A stretch of DNA of 64,000 nt from a virus (Duplodnaviria; Heunggongvirae; Uroviricota; Caudoviricetes), in IMG/VR virus record IMGVR_UViG_3300031088_000799, one strand, 5' to 3'. The position numbers were made by a program, and so were the translations under genes. The first letter of the stretch is position 1, and each line of letters opens with the position of its first letter. Below are positions 1-9,802 of this stretch, piece by piece. The notes under the pieces are model-generated. The model was not told the origin of the DNA. It worked only from the letters and a program-made list of their open reading frames with translations, and did no database searches.

Positions 1-68
1 TTTAATGGTAGTTAACATATTGCCTCCTTTTTGTTTTTCATAAATGTAAAAGGCTCCGAAGAGCCTTG

Positions 69-872
69 TTATTGTACAAATGACATTATTTTAAAACGAG
101 TTTTAAGTTTTAACAATTTATCTGCAATATCCAATGGAACACGAGTTAAAACAAGAATATCTTTTTTGTCATCATAATGTTCATCGAGATGGACAACATG
201 GTCAATGTCTCTAAGTTCATTAAGACGATGAGAAATTTGTTCATAATCCATAAACACGGGGTTTACATTCTCCATTGATTTTAGTTGTTCTCTCAGGTCA
301 GCAACCAATGTAGAGCCACTTTTAACATCAATAACTTGGTTTACATCAGCTAAAATGAATCCTTTTTTAGCATGTTTTAACCATTTCTCATTCTTTTTGA
401 GAATAATTTCATTAATAATCTCATAATCACTAGTTTGCATAGCCATTAAGACAGCACACTGGTGAATAATTTTATCAACACGACTCAGAACATCTTCTTT
501 GGAGACTTTTCCCTTATAAGAGCTAGTCGAAACACCAACATATTTTTGAACAGACTCAGCAAACCGACCCACATAACCCGTCAATGTAATAAAAGCCAAA
601 TGCACTTTTTCTGATTGATAATAACGCTTTTCACTGAAAGCATCACTGACAATACTATTCAGGCTATTAAAGTCATCTGTTAAGTCAAGGTGAATAGAAA
701 GAGCTACCAACAGAGTATCAATCGTTTCTTCAAGCATTTCTGAACGATCTGATAGAACGATGGCTTCACCTAGCTCACCCAATTCTTCCGTCAGTTTTGT
801 ATTACGTTGGAACAAGTTTTTTTTATCAAAAATCATTGAATCTTTAACTAGTTTTTCTTGTAAGTCAATCAT
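69..872 (-). CDS. hypothetical protein with MazG-like (EExxE...ExxD) NTP-pyrophosphohydrolase-like motif
   Basis: 267-aa ORF. The segment TEELGELGEAI...EMLEETIDTLL resembles the MazG/HisE-type metal-binding helices. By-eye match only. Confidence 0.35.
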   Translation of the reverse strand: MIDLQEKLVKDSMIFDKKNLFQRNTKLTEELGELGEAIVLSDRSEMLEETIDTLLVALSIHLDLTDDFNSLNSIVSDAFSEKRYYQSEKVHLAFITLTGYVGRFAESVQKYVGVSTSSYKGKVSKEDVLSRVDKIIHQCAVLMAMQTSDYEIINEIILKKNEKWLKHAKKGFILADVNQVIDVKSGSTLVADLREQLKSMENVNPVFMDYEQISHRLNELRDIDHVVHLDEHYDDKKDILVLTRVPLDIADKLLKLKTRFKIMSFVQ

Positions 873-1013
873 TGTAATTCCTCTGAGTATAGTGGTGAAG
901 ACAACCTATGCCTCCACACAGAAATAGGCGACAATTAGTCTTAGCTAAAATATAACAGATAGAGAACTTTTTTTCAAGGTTGTCTAGTCTAAATAAACAA
1001 TTAAAAAATAATA

Positions 1014-1781
1014 TTAAATATTAGACATTTCATTAATTTTAATTATCGACTTATAAATATCTTTTGTAAAAATGGATTTACCTGTATTATTTTCAAAAGT
1101 GTCCAAATGAGGATGCAACGTGAAAAAAGTTTTATAAACTAAATCATCTATCGAATAATAGGATAAAGGTTTATCTGGATTTTCAAAATCTTCTGTAATA
1201 CGACCATTTTCAATCGAAACACCTAAAACACAATCAGAATAATCAGTATAAATATCATCACCATTACCCGCTTTCAGCGATAAGGCAATATTGTATTCCA
1301 TTTGAATAGCAGAAGCACTGATGAATTTACGCACTGTCCACATTTGAATAAAAAATTCGATATTGTTTAATTTGCTAGAATAACTAACATTTGTATTGTT
1401 ATTCTTAAATTTTGCAAAGTCTGGAATAAAAAAGCTTAACTTATCAATATAATCATTAAACAACACTAATGATTGCGAATCATCATGAATAGTAAAGTTT
1501 TCTTTTAAGAAAGAATCAAAATGACCGACTGAGCACATGTAACTGCTTTTAAATTCATTAATATACAAACAATGATCTTGCTCAATAATCAATGAAAGTT
1601 TACCGATAGTGTTGTTAGGCTCCAAATAAAGTTTAACACGACCATCAGATGCAGGTTCATTGCCATTCAAAGGTATTTTGTCATATTGTTTACCATCTTG
1701 AATAATGGTTTTCTTACAATTAATGTAATCACGATTAACAATATCCAACAGCATTCTTTTATGGTTTGAACATTCGGTCAT
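1014..1781 (-). CDS. Ct-motif paralog family member (C-terminus ...YKSIIKINEMSNI)
   Basis: 255-aa ORF in AT-rich DNA. C-terminal tail matches the family motif ..L..M..I. Confidence 0.55.
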   Translation of the reverse strand: MTECSNHKRMLLDIVNRDYINCKKTIIQDGKQYDKIPLNGNEPASDGRVKLYLEPNNTIGKLSLIIEQDHCLYINEFKSSYMCSVGHFDSFLKENFTIHDDSQSLVLFNDYIDKLSFFIPDFAKFKNNNTNVSYSSKLNNIEFFIQMWTVRKFISASAIQMEYNIALSLKAGNGDDIYTDYSDCVLGVSIENGRITEDFENPDKPLSYYSIDDLVYKTFFTLHPHLDTFENNTGKSIFTKDIYKSIIKINEMSNI

Positions 1782-1807
1782 TATATTATATCCTTCAGGT
1801 TAAATTA

Positions 1808-2098
1808 TTAATGAAGACAAACTAAACCAATAACATGACAATCACAATTACAGATTACAATTTCTTTTTCATCAATAATCATTTTATATTTATAATAAAA
1901 AACAGGAGCAGGCATTTTTTTCAAAAACTTAAATCGTCCAGTTTTTTCAGGTTGATAACTATGCTGCTCAGTAATTATCTGTACATCTTCATGTTTATTA
2001 TAATTTTTTTTATAAGAAATTTGTAACTTTTCTTCATTTAAAGTTTGATCAGCATTCAAATATTTATCATATACTAATCGACAACAAGGAGCGACCAT
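1808..2098 (-). CDS. small Cys-rich protein, paralog 1 of 3 (N-terminal CCxxC, C-terminal CxCxCH)
   Basis: 96-aa ORF. Shares MxxxCC..C..KY and ..ELCxCxCHV..H with two adjacent ORFs. Confidence 0.5.
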   Translation of the reverse strand: MVAPCCRLVYDKYLNADQTLNEEKLQISYKKNYNKHEDVQIITEQHSYQPEKTGRFKFLKKMPAPVFYYKYKMIIDEKEIVICNCDCHVIGLVCLH

Positions 2099-2113
2099 AA
2101 AATCTCCTAATAA

Positions 2114-2356
2114 TTAATGTAAACAGGTAATACCTTCAACATGACAAGAACACATACACAATTCTTCTTCTTTTTTCCCTTTAATAATATATGTTTTATC
2201 AAGAAGTGGTAAATTATTTCTGGTAAAGGGATTAGGTACTTGTCGAGAATCAACAATAGCACCTTTTCCAAATTCTTTTTTTACAAAATCTAGATTAAGC
2301 GTTCCATCTTCTTTAATATATTTTGAATAACAACGTTTGCAACACGGAATTGGCAT
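2114..2356 (-). CDS. small Cys-rich protein, paralog 2 of 3
   Basis: 80-aa ORF, MPIPCCKRCYSKY...ELCMCSCHVEGITCLH. Tandem with its neighbours, 12-16 bp gaps. Confidence 0.5.
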   Translation of the reverse strand: MPIPCCKRCYSKYIKEDGTLNLDFVKKEFGKGAIVDSRQVPNPFTRNNLPLLDKTYIIKGKKEEELCMCSCHVEGITCLH

Positions 2357-2370
2357 CAGAATTCTCCTAT

Positions 2371-2622
2371 TTAATGATCAATATGAATATCGGGGTCATT
2401 AACATGACAAGGACAAGAGCACAACTCAGTTTCAGTAGTCCCTTGAACAACATACAATACCGTCAAATCAGGCAACTGTCTCTTAGCTGAATTGAATGGA
2501 TGTGGAACTTTTCGATAAACAGTGGAAGCATCATCTCCAAAATGCTTATTCAAAAAATTTTTATTAACACTTGTATCTTTTTCAATGTATTTAGCACCAC
2601 AATGGTTGCAACACGCCTGCAT
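2371..2622 (-). CDS. small Cys-rich protein, paralog 3 of 3
   Basis: 83-aa ORF, MQACCNHCGAKY...ELCSCPCHVNDPDIH. Confidence 0.5.
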   Translation of the reverse strand: MQACCNHCGAKYIEKDTSVNKNFLNKHFGDDASTVYRKVPHPFNSAKRQLPDLTVLYVVQGTTETELCSCPCHVNDPDIHIDH

Positions 2623-2632
2623 AATTATTCTC

Positions 2633-3025
2633 CTAATTTAAAGGTTTATCTTTCAACAAAAATCCAAAACTCAACACATACCTTGAACCACCTACGACTT
2701 GTGTAACAGAGTGTTTTGACACATCTGGTCGGAAAAACTTAATACGACTCCAATTAATAATACTCGACTCAGAAAGAAATTCACCACCTGAATGAGATTT
2801 TTTCAAAATGATATTTAAACGAAAATGTCGAAAACCTTCATCAGCGGCATCAACATGTTCAGGAATCTTAGAGCCTTCTGGAAATTTAAGTAAATACAAA
2901 TCAAAAGGCAGTGGCCATAGTGATTCCAGTAATGTAATCTTACTATACCCAGAAGACTGACGCCCTGTTTGCCATTTAAATTTATCAAAAAATCGCATTT
3001 TAAAATCGTCCATTTGATGGCTCAT
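2633..3025 (-). CDS. 2OG-Fe(II) oxygenase superfamily protein (small, prolyl-hydroxylase-like)
   Basis: HxD motif at IPEHVDA. Distal His plus the Arg/Ser region KHSVTQVVGGSRYVLSFGF matches the H...RxS core of 2OG oxygenases. Confidence 0.55.
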   Translation of the reverse strand: MSHQMDDFKMRFFDKFKWQTGRQSSGYSKITLLESLWPLPFDLYLLKFPEGSKIPEHVDAADEGFRHFRLNIILKKSHSGGEFLSESSIINWSRIKFFRPDVSKHSVTQVVGGSRYVLSFGFLLKDKPLN

Positions 3026-3146
3026 GTAAAATATATTCTCTATTATACAAGAATCTGAGACTTCTTGTCAATTTAAAAATAAAAAGATGCAAAATTATGA
3101 AAATTATGATATAATCGAACTTGCCAAATTTTTCTAAATAGGATAA

Positions 3147-3782
3147 ATGATGAATAGCAATGATAAATCAAGGCGTTTACTTGAACATCTGAACATATTA
3201 GGAAAAGCTAACGAGTTTGATATTAAGTTGAATGAAAAATATAAAGAAAATATCAATTTTTTTGATAGTGAAGATAAAGGTGTATTACTTAATATTAAAA
3301 ACAATGGCACTATGCTAGAAACGATATTAGGAAACCATCCTGATTTGGATAAACAAGTTGTAATCGATTTAGAAGAAGTAATGCAACCTTACTATAAAGC
3401 TATTGGATTAAAATACAATTTTAAGAATATGCAGTGGGACGAAAACCATAAATTTGGTATGAAAAAAGATTTTGTATTAGTCACTGATATTGATTATTAT
3501 CAAATTACCTTTAAAGACAATAAGGATTTTGCTAATACGCTTATTTTTTTAATTAAATTGTATACAGAACCCATGACAGCTTTTTATAAAACAAGAGATG
3601 AGTATGTGGGCCAATTTATGGTATCCTATGTAGAAATGGGCGTTTACTATAAAGATTTAACTTCGATTATTAAACCTATGCTATCAGTCTATAAAAATAA
3701 AGTTTCCAATCTGTTGTCTTATAATGTTGATGTTATTGACGACAATATTATTAAAGTATTGGACATGATTAAAATTTCATAA
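3147..3782 (+). CDS. hypothetical protein
   Basis: 211-aa ORF preceded by an AT-rich promoter region. No recognisable domain. Confidence 0.5.
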   Translation: MMNSNDKSRRLLEHLNILGKANEFDIKLNEKYKENINFFDSEDKGVLLNIKNNGTMLETILGNHPDLDKQVVIDLEEVMQPYYKAIGLKYNFKNMQWDENHKFGMKKDFVLVTDIDYYQITFKDNKDFANTLIFLIKLYTEPMTAFYKTRDEYVGQFMVSYVEMGVYYKDLTSIIKPMLSVYKNKVSNLLSYNVDVIDDNIIKVLDMIKIS

Positions 3783-3817
3783 TATAGCTTATCAAATATT
3801 AAAAGGATCTATAAACT

Positions 3818-4495
3818 ATGACCAGAACGACAAAAATGACCATTAGTGAAATATTAGAAAAAGATTTACATTTACCAGAAGCCTTTCGTAGCAGAGAAGC
3901 AAAACTTAATTTTGGAGCGATGCTCTATGGGATTGCTACCTCAGAAAAAAATATGGGGAGTGCCTATTTATTTGAGGACGTTACTCTAGAAGATTTTACT
4001 GATAGTTTCTTTGAAGATTATTTGAAAACAATGTTTAGTTTTGGATATCAATTACAACCAATCCCAATGAAACAAGCTTACACGGCTGTTTCTCTTAATG
4101 ATCTCGTTAATAATCTTATTAATATGAATGCATTAAGCCTTAATAAGTCTGGTGTTTCTAAATCTATTATATTCGATAAAGCGTTCGCTGGGTTATATAA
4201 TTCAAAAAACATTGAAAAATATTTAAAAGATTTTTTGTATTTACCAAGAGAAATAAGAGATTTTCATTTTCAAAAAGACTTATTTAAGTTAATTGCTGAG
4301 CGATCTTCAAGAAATGTTCCCTATATCAAACGGCAGCATTATGCCACTGATTATTTTGGACACTGTTTAGTCTATACAGGATTAGTTTTAAGAAAGTCTA
4401 AAAAACAACTCTTTTTCGAGTCTATATTTGATAAAGTATATGATGCGAATGATGAACGAAATAAAATTAGATTGCCTATATTTTTCAGTTCATAA
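3818..4495 (+). CDS. hypothetical protein
   Basis: 225-aa ORF, 35 bp after the previous gene, SD-like AAAGGA upstream. Followed by a terminator. Confidence 0.5.
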   Translation: MTRTTKMTISEILEKDLHLPEAFRSREAKLNFGAMLYGIATSEKNMGSAYLFEDVTLEDFTDSFFEDYLKTMFSFGYQLQPIPMKQAYTAVSLNDLVNNLINMNALSLNKSGVSKSIIFDKAFAGLYNSKNIEKYLKDFLYLPREIRDFHFQKDLFKLIAERSSRNVPYIKRQHYATDYFGHCLVYTGLVLRKSKKQLFFESIFDKVYDANDERNKIRLPIFFSS

Positions 4496-4505
4496 GTAAA
4501 CAATT

Positions 4506-4536
4506 AAAAAACCCGTCTTTCATGACGGGTTTTTAC
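4506..4536. terminator. bidirectional intrinsic terminator (aaaaaacccgtctttcatgacgggttttt)
   Basis: GC stem cccgtc/gacggg flanked by an A-run and a T-run. Lies between convergent genes. Confidence 0.7.
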
Positions 4537-4990
4537 TGTCTTCAATATAACCACTAAGTTTCTTCATAATATCATATTCAAACACATAAACTTCTCTGGT
4601 TTTCTTAATCATCTTATAGAAATCATGAGCGGCTGGCGAAGCAGTCACAATAGCCATATCAAGATCATTAGATAGTTCGAAATCACTGATATATAATGCT
4701 TTGTTATCAATTCGATCAGCTTGCAAAAAGTGATAAGCAATCACGTAAGAAACTGCAAACAAAATTATCATAATACCAAGGCTCATGATGAATGCCAAAG
4801 TAACACTCATGGCATCAGATTCTTTTGTCAACGTGACAATGCTATAAATTAATGGACCAAGACTAAGGAATAAAGAGCCTAACAGCATTGAAATCATTAT
4901 AATGACTCTAGATTTTGCTCTTTTCTTCTTAGCAATAATCGCACGCTCTGTAAAAGGTTTAGATAATACTTTATTTAAATCTATATTCAT
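4520..4990 (-). CDS. small membrane protein (2 predicted TM helices)
   Basis: 156-aa ORF with hydrophobic segments IIMISMLLGSLFLSLGPLIYSIV and LAFIMSLGIMIILFAVSYVIA. Confidence 0.5.
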   Translation of the reverse strand: MNIDLNKVLSKPFTERAIIAKKKRAKSRVIIMISMLLGSLFLSLGPLIYSIVTLTKESDAMSVTLAFIMSLGIMIILFAVSYVIAYHFLQADRIDNKALYISDFELSNDLDMAIVTASPAAHDFYKMIKKTREVYVFEYDIMKKLSGYIEDSKNPS

Positions 4991-5045
4991 AAATCATCCT
5001 CGTGTAGATAAATAGAATCTATCATTTAATAGAAGGTTGTCAAAT

Positions 5046-5072
5046 AAAAAACCCGCATTAAGCGGGCTTTTT
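5046..5072 (-). terminator. intrinsic terminator downstream of tyrS (cccgcattaagcggg + T-run)
   Basis: Hairpin with flanking A/T runs immediately 3' of tyrS. Confidence 0.7.
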
Positions 5073-6332
5073 AATCAGTCTAAACTCTCGTTTACCTCGT
5101 TGGAATACAGCAAATTTTCCAAATCTAAAATCAGTAATTTCAAGAGCGTTCATTTCATCATCATTGACCACTAACTTATGTCCATTGACTTGAACTGCAC
5201 CACTTTGAATAAACTCTCGACCTTGACGCTTAGATTTAGCAAGTCCAGTAGCGACCAGCAAATCCAACACGTTCAATGTTTCGGGGATAACAGCAACCAT
5301 CCCATTTTTTTCAAGATTTACAAAATCATCTTCTTGCAAGCTATCAAAGTTGTTGTCAAACAACGCTTTGATATTACGCAATACAGAGTCCAATGCTGCT
5401 TGACCATGTACAATCAATGTCAATTCTTCTGCCAAAATCTGTTGAGCCAGTGGTTTAGTGCGTTCCTTATCAGCTTCAAGGATAGCTTCAATTTCTTCAA
5501 TAGACTTAAAAGAAAGCATTTTGAAGAACTTTGGAATATCAGCATCAGCCACTTTCAACCAAAATTGGAAGAAATCAAAAGGACTGGTCATCGCTGATGA
5601 AAGCCACACAGCACCACTTTCACTTTTACCAAACTTAGTACCATCAGCCTTAGTCAGCAAAGGAATAGTCAAACCAGTAGCTACAACATCATTCCCTTCT
5701 TTTCGGTGAATAAGGTCAATACCAGCAGTAATATTACCCCACTGATCACTACCACCCAATTGAAGACGGCAGTTCTTTTCTTTCAGCAAATGATGGAAAT
5801 CCATAGACTGCAGAAGCTGGTATGAGAATTCAGTGAAAGAGATACCCTGATCATCACGTTCCAAACGACTACGGACAGAATCTTTACTCATCATTGCATT
5901 TACAGAGAAATGTTTGCCGACATCACGAAGGAAATCAATGATAGACAAGTTAACAGTCCAATCATGGTTATCCACAAGTTCAACATCACCAAGAATACTT
6001 TGAATTTGAGCTGCAATACCTGCTTTAAAACGATTTACAGTGGCAGCATCATTCAATGTGCGTTCTTGTGCTTTAAAGCTAGGATCACCAATCATACCTG
6101 TTGCACCACCAATCAGTGGGAATACAGTATGACCAGCACGCTTAAATCGAAGCATGGTAATCAAAGGCAACAGGCTACCCACATGCAGAGACTCTGCTGT
6201 TGGGTCAAATCCACAGTATAGGGAAAGACCATTATCCATCAAATCGGAAATTTTTGCCTCATCAGTCATCTGAGAGATAAGGCCACGGTCTTTGAGTTCT
6301 TGAATAAATGCGTTCATAATATTTTTCTCCAC
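5058..6332 (-). CDS. tyrS: tyrosyl-tRNA synthetase, bacterial type with C-terminal S4 domain
   Basis: 424 aa. CGFDPTAESLHVGSL (HIGH region), KFGKS (KMSKS), and a C-terminal S4-like GLAKSKRQGREFIQSGAVQVNG. Close to E. coli TyrRS along its whole length. SD GGAGA sits 8 nt upstream. Confidence 0.92.
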   Translation of the reverse strand: MEKNIMNAFIQELKDRGLISQMTDEAKISDLMDNGLSLYCGFDPTAESLHVGSLLPLITMLRFKRAGHTVFPLIGGATGMIGDPSFKAQERTLNDAATVNRFKAGIAAQIQSILGDVELVDNHDWTVNLSIIDFLRDVGKHFSVNAMMSKDSVRSRLERDDQGISFTEFSYQLLQSMDFHHLLKEKNCRLQLGGSDQWGNITAGIDLIHRKEGNDVVATGLTIPLLTKADGTKFGKSESGAVWLSSAMTSPFDFFQFWLKVADADIPKFFKMLSFKSIEEIEAILEADKERTKPLAQQILAEELTLIVHGQAALDSVLRNIKALFDNNFDSLQEDDFVNLEKNGMVAVIPETLNVLDLLVATGLAKSKRQGREFIQSGAVQVNGHKLVVNDDEMNALEITDFRFGKFAVFQRGKREFRLIKKPA

Positions 6333-6547
6333 GAAAATTTAATTGTGTTTTGATTTGTAGCTGAATTTTAGTTAAATTGATGATGCCTCACAAGAGACAT
6401 TGAGTGGAGAAGGTCAATATCGAACAGTGAAAGATTTTTGAAAGTGGAATGTGGTTGAAGCGTTCATGTGTGTATTCCTTTTAAGACGTTTCGTTTAATA
6501 TGGCCATTCTAACAAAAAATGAAAAAGAAAGCAAGAAAAAATCTTGC

Positions 6548-7141
6548 TTAATTATGTGTAGGTTTCCATTTTTTAACAGGTTTAAGCTCTGTTGCTCTAA
6601 AAATATCATTGCTCCCAACCGTATAATTTTTCATTAAATCAATATTAAAGAGTTGTGAATTATTCTTTAAAGCTTCTGAAACAATGGTGTTATAAATAGT
6701 TTTTTGGTTAACAAATTCATTTTGGCTTACTTTACTTTTCTCAATATGTGTTAAGGTGTCATTGGTTAAATATTTACCCACTTCTTGCATTGCAAATTGA
6801 TAGTCATCAACAGTTTTATTCTTGTTGCCAGACATCATAGAATCTATCTGATTATCAGAAATAGCTAAATGACGTGTATTCATCGTTGGAACAGATTTCA
6901 ACCAATCGGATTCAATGCCATCAATTTTAGGATAGAGATCAATAAAATCTCTTCTTAGAACAATAACTTTTAAATCATTGTAATAATTTTCAAAGTAATT
7001 TTTAATACGATCACTTTTAGAAGACTTCATTAATTGATTGATGTTAAACACCTGTTGAAGCACATCTAAGTCAGAAAGCCCTTTTTGATTCAGTGTATTT
7101 AATTCATTATCTTCGATTTTATCTAACATGAAGAGTACCAT
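6548..7141 (-). CDS. hypothetical protein
   Basis: 197-aa ORF followed by a hairpin aagcaag..cttgctt. Confidence 0.5.
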   Translation of the reverse strand: MVLFMLDKIEDNELNTLNQKGLSDLDVLQQVFNINQLMKSSKSDRIKNYFENYYNDLKVIVLRRDFIDLYPKIDGIESDWLKSVPTMNTRHLAISDNQIDSMMSGNKNKTVDDYQFAMQEVGKYLTNDTLTHIEKSKVSQNEFVNQKTIYNTIVSEALKNNSQLFNIDLMKNYTVGSNDIFRATELKPVKKWKPTHN

Positions 7142-7223
7142 TAGTTAATCTATACATTTTAACATAAAACCAAATAAAAAAAAGAGACTTGATTGTCTCT
7201 TTGTATTCTGAAAAACCTTTTAA

Positions 7224-7619
7224 TCACTGAGTGACAGCCAATTCTACAATTTTATAAAGGTTATCTACACCACATTTTTCCAACATATCAATATCAACAT
7301 CAAAGATTTCAACGACTTCTTTTTCAACGGTTCTTGCCTCATAGATTAAATCATCAAATGAGCAGAAAACAAACACTTTAAAGACATCACTTTCAATGGT
7401 GCCTAAACTTGACCAATGATTTAACGTAGTAATTACACCTGTTTCTTCTTTAAATTCACGAAGCATCGCTTGAATAGGTGTTTCCCCAGTTTCAATTTTG
7501 CCGCCAATACCATTTAATAGTCCACGTTGCCATTCTGGAGTTAGTTTACGAATAAGTAATATTTTACGACGATCAGCACTGAGAGCAATACCCAGCACAT
7601 ATTCTTGTTTATTTGTCAT
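7224..7619 (-). CDS. NUDIX hydrolase (MutT-like)
   Basis: Nudix box GIGGKIETGETPIQAMLREFKEETGV, i.e. GX5EX7REUXEEXGU. Confidence 0.85.
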   Translation of the reverse strand: MTNKQEYVLGIALSADRRKILLIRKLTPEWQRGLLNGIGGKIETGETPIQAMLREFKEETGVITTLNHWSSLGTIESDVFKVFVFCSFDDLIYEARTVEKEVVEIFDVDIDMLEKCGVDNLYKIVELAVTQ

Positions 7620-7760
7620 AATAGCACCTCTTTTAGTTAGCGATCTAAAAGATAATACAACAAAAAATAAAGAATAAAAGAGTTGAGTTCAAAATAATTA
7701 TCAAACACACTTTTATAAAATAAAAACTCCCTTCGGTAAGGGATTTATGTAAGATATAAA

Positions 7761-9662
7761 TCAACGATTAAATAATTTAGAAGCTAAGTTTTTTAAAATA
7801 TTTTGTTTTCTTTCTGGTGGTTCTATTTTATTTTTTAAGGTTTCATGTAAATTTGGATAACTTTTCAAATCATGCTTTAAAATATCTACCTGTAATAATT
7901 TAAAATCATCATCGTCATCATAAAACTGGCTATCATTTTTAAAATGGGAAGCACTATGCATTCCATCTTGAGATAAAGTGACACCAATCAATGAACGAAT
8001 ATCAGTAGCATCTTTTGTAAAATCATAAATAAAATATTGATGAGAATCTTCTTTATAACTATTAAAATGAACATCATCTCGTACAATACACCAAGAAGCA
8101 CTACCCAATTTAGAGCTTTGTTCAAAGTTTTCTATCTTTAAAATAACTCGATCAGAATCATTCTGTATTATTTCAGCATTCACATCAATGGCTTTCTGAG
8201 CAATAACTTCATTATTAAAACCACTGTGAATTGAATAAAGTTGTCTCAATGCTTTATTAAAATCATCACTTGTTTTAAAAGAAGCCATTTTTTTACCTAA
8301 ACTTTCCTGCAGTTCACTTGCTGGTATTTTTAGGTCATACAATAATATTATATTTTCAAAAGAACCTTCATTATAAAGATGTCTATATTTATTACTCGCA
8401 ATACTTAATCCATATTGAACAATTTTACGTTCACGAATAAATTCATTCATAGAATCATCTAAGTCTTCAAAGAATAAGTCGTTTATTTCTTCTAACAAGT
8501 TATATTTTTTTGATTTTAAAATAGCTTCATTATCAACATAAGTATTGGCTGCAATAAAGGCTCGTTCACATTCATCAAAATCTTCTTTTAGTTTTTTCAC
8601 AAACATTTTACTAACAGTGGGGCTTTTTCTTAATTTAAAAGCTAATTCTTTACATATCAGATCTTCAAGAAGTGCATTTTTTACTCTTTTAGAAGACACA
8701 TCAACCCAACCACCAGTTGATTTTCCAACAGCAATACTGTGATCTTCAAAAATTTTTAGTTGACTAACATTAGATCCATTAGTCTCAAATTTAATACTTC
8801 TTTTAACATAATTAACAGAATCAAGATCAGTATCATTTCTGGATAATAACATTAACTCTACATCACTAGCCTCTTTCATTTTCTTAGAAAATCTATGAGC
8901 CTGAGAATAAGTGAAGCTTGGTTCATTTTCTATAATGGTATTAATAATTTCTTTTCTTATTTTTTTATAATCTTCAAGATGTTTAAAAATATTACTCTCT
9001 CTGATGAGAGCATTAAGATCATTGTCTTTTTCAAAATATTTTTCCATTAAAGAAACACTTCTTCTAAGGTTAAAGCAACTCTCGGTATATTCTGGAAGAT
9101 CTAATGTATAGGGGACATCTTCGACCAAACGGAAACTGCTTTCAAATGAGATAAGATTGAATTGTATTTTCTCAACTTTCCCAACAATTTCATCAAAAAG
9201 ATTATCTTCTTTGATAGCTTTTAAAACCTTATCGATTTTTTTGAGTTGCGGAGTAATATCAACATCATAATCAGCCGCAACAGAAACCCATCCATTATAG
9301 TTTACTTTTAAGTCTTCAACAATAGATCCCGAACTTAACCTGTTAAGAACTTTAAAAAGATCTTGCATTCTATTACAGTTGTATATCATTTCTCTAACAG
9401 CATCATCATGATCAAAATTTAAATCGTTTTTAATTGACTTAAATTCTTTTATATACTGGTCAAATATATAAGATTGTGCAGTATGTTTGTTATACAAAGA
9501 GTCTAGGTTAGAAAAATAATCATCAAAATTTCTATTAGATTTATAACCAAATTGACTTTTAATCACTTCAAAATGATCATTTAACATAAAGTCTTCGTAA
9601 CTGTCATAATATCTATTTTTATAAGCACGTATCAAATCTTGGATTTCTTCTGGTGTTAGCAT
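7761..9662 (-). CDS. large hypothetical protein; C-terminal ~200 aa paralogous to the ORF at 23302-25503
   Basis: 633 aa. Shared block ...SNKYRHLYN...LYDLKI...LGKK...KLGSASWCIVRDD...QYFIYDF.... Confidence 0.6.
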   Translation of the reverse strand: MLTPEEIQDLIRAYKNRYYDSYEDFMLNDHFEVIKSQFGYKSNRNFDDYFSNLDSLYNKHTAQSYIFDQYIKEFKSIKNDLNFDHDDAVREMIYNCNRMQDLFKVLNRLSSGSIVEDLKVNYNGWVSVAADYDVDITPQLKKIDKVLKAIKEDNLFDEIVGKVEKIQFNLISFESSFRLVEDVPYTLDLPEYTESCFNLRRSVSLMEKYFEKDNDLNALIRESNIFKHLEDYKKIRKEIINTIIENEPSFTYSQAHRFSKKMKEASDVELMLLSRNDTDLDSVNYVKRSIKFETNGSNVSQLKIFEDHSIAVGKSTGGWVDVSSKRVKNALLEDLICKELAFKLRKSPTVSKMFVKKLKEDFDECERAFIAANTYVDNEAILKSKKYNLLEEINDLFFEDLDDSMNEFIRERKIVQYGLSIASNKYRHLYNEGSFENIILLYDLKIPASELQESLGKKMASFKTSDDFNKALRQLYSIHSGFNNEVIAQKAIDVNAEIIQNDSDRVILKIENFEQSSKLGSASWCIVRDDVHFNSYKEDSHQYFIYDFTKDATDIRSLIGVTLSQDGMHSASHFKNDSQFYDDDDDFKLLQVDILKHDLKSYPNLHETLKNKIEPPERKQNILKNLASKLFNR

Positions 9663-9769
9663 AATAAAGTTGTTGTTTTTTATTATTATACCATAAAATG
9701 ATATGATTAAACATCAAACTATATAATTAAGTAGTAGATATTTTGAAAAGGAATTATAAAAATATAAAA

Positions 9770-9796
9770 AAAAGACCTCCGAAGAAGTCTTTTTAA
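9770..9796. terminator. bidirectional intrinsic terminator (aaaaaaaagacctccgaagaagtcttttt)
   Basis: Stem-loop with an A-run before and a T-run after. 3' of the S49 peptidase gene. Confidence 0.6.
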
Positions 9797-9802
9797 CCTA
9801 AC

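Noticed and set aside
1835-2026. Short plus-strand ORFs lying antisense within longer minus-strand genes (and the reverse). Examples: 1835-2026, 2500-2706, 5178-5597, 5458-5709, 5910-6221, 8545-8742, 14689-14988, 16526-17279, 21492-21695, 32016-32207, 33839-34075, 35815-36153, 40357-40918, 50719-51697, 54732-54971.
   Set aside because: They overlap well-supported genes (tyrS, serS, ligA, family members) on the opposite strand. They have no SD or promoter context and have low-complexity, Phe/Ile/Leu-rich translations typical of antisense frames in AT-rich DNA.
6333-6547. T-box riboswitch upstream of tyrS
   Set aside because: No AATTAGGGTGGNACCGCG-like T-box consensus or specifier-loop architecture was found by eye on the minus strand. 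The flanking aaRS genes look gammaproteobacterial, where T-boxes are not expected.
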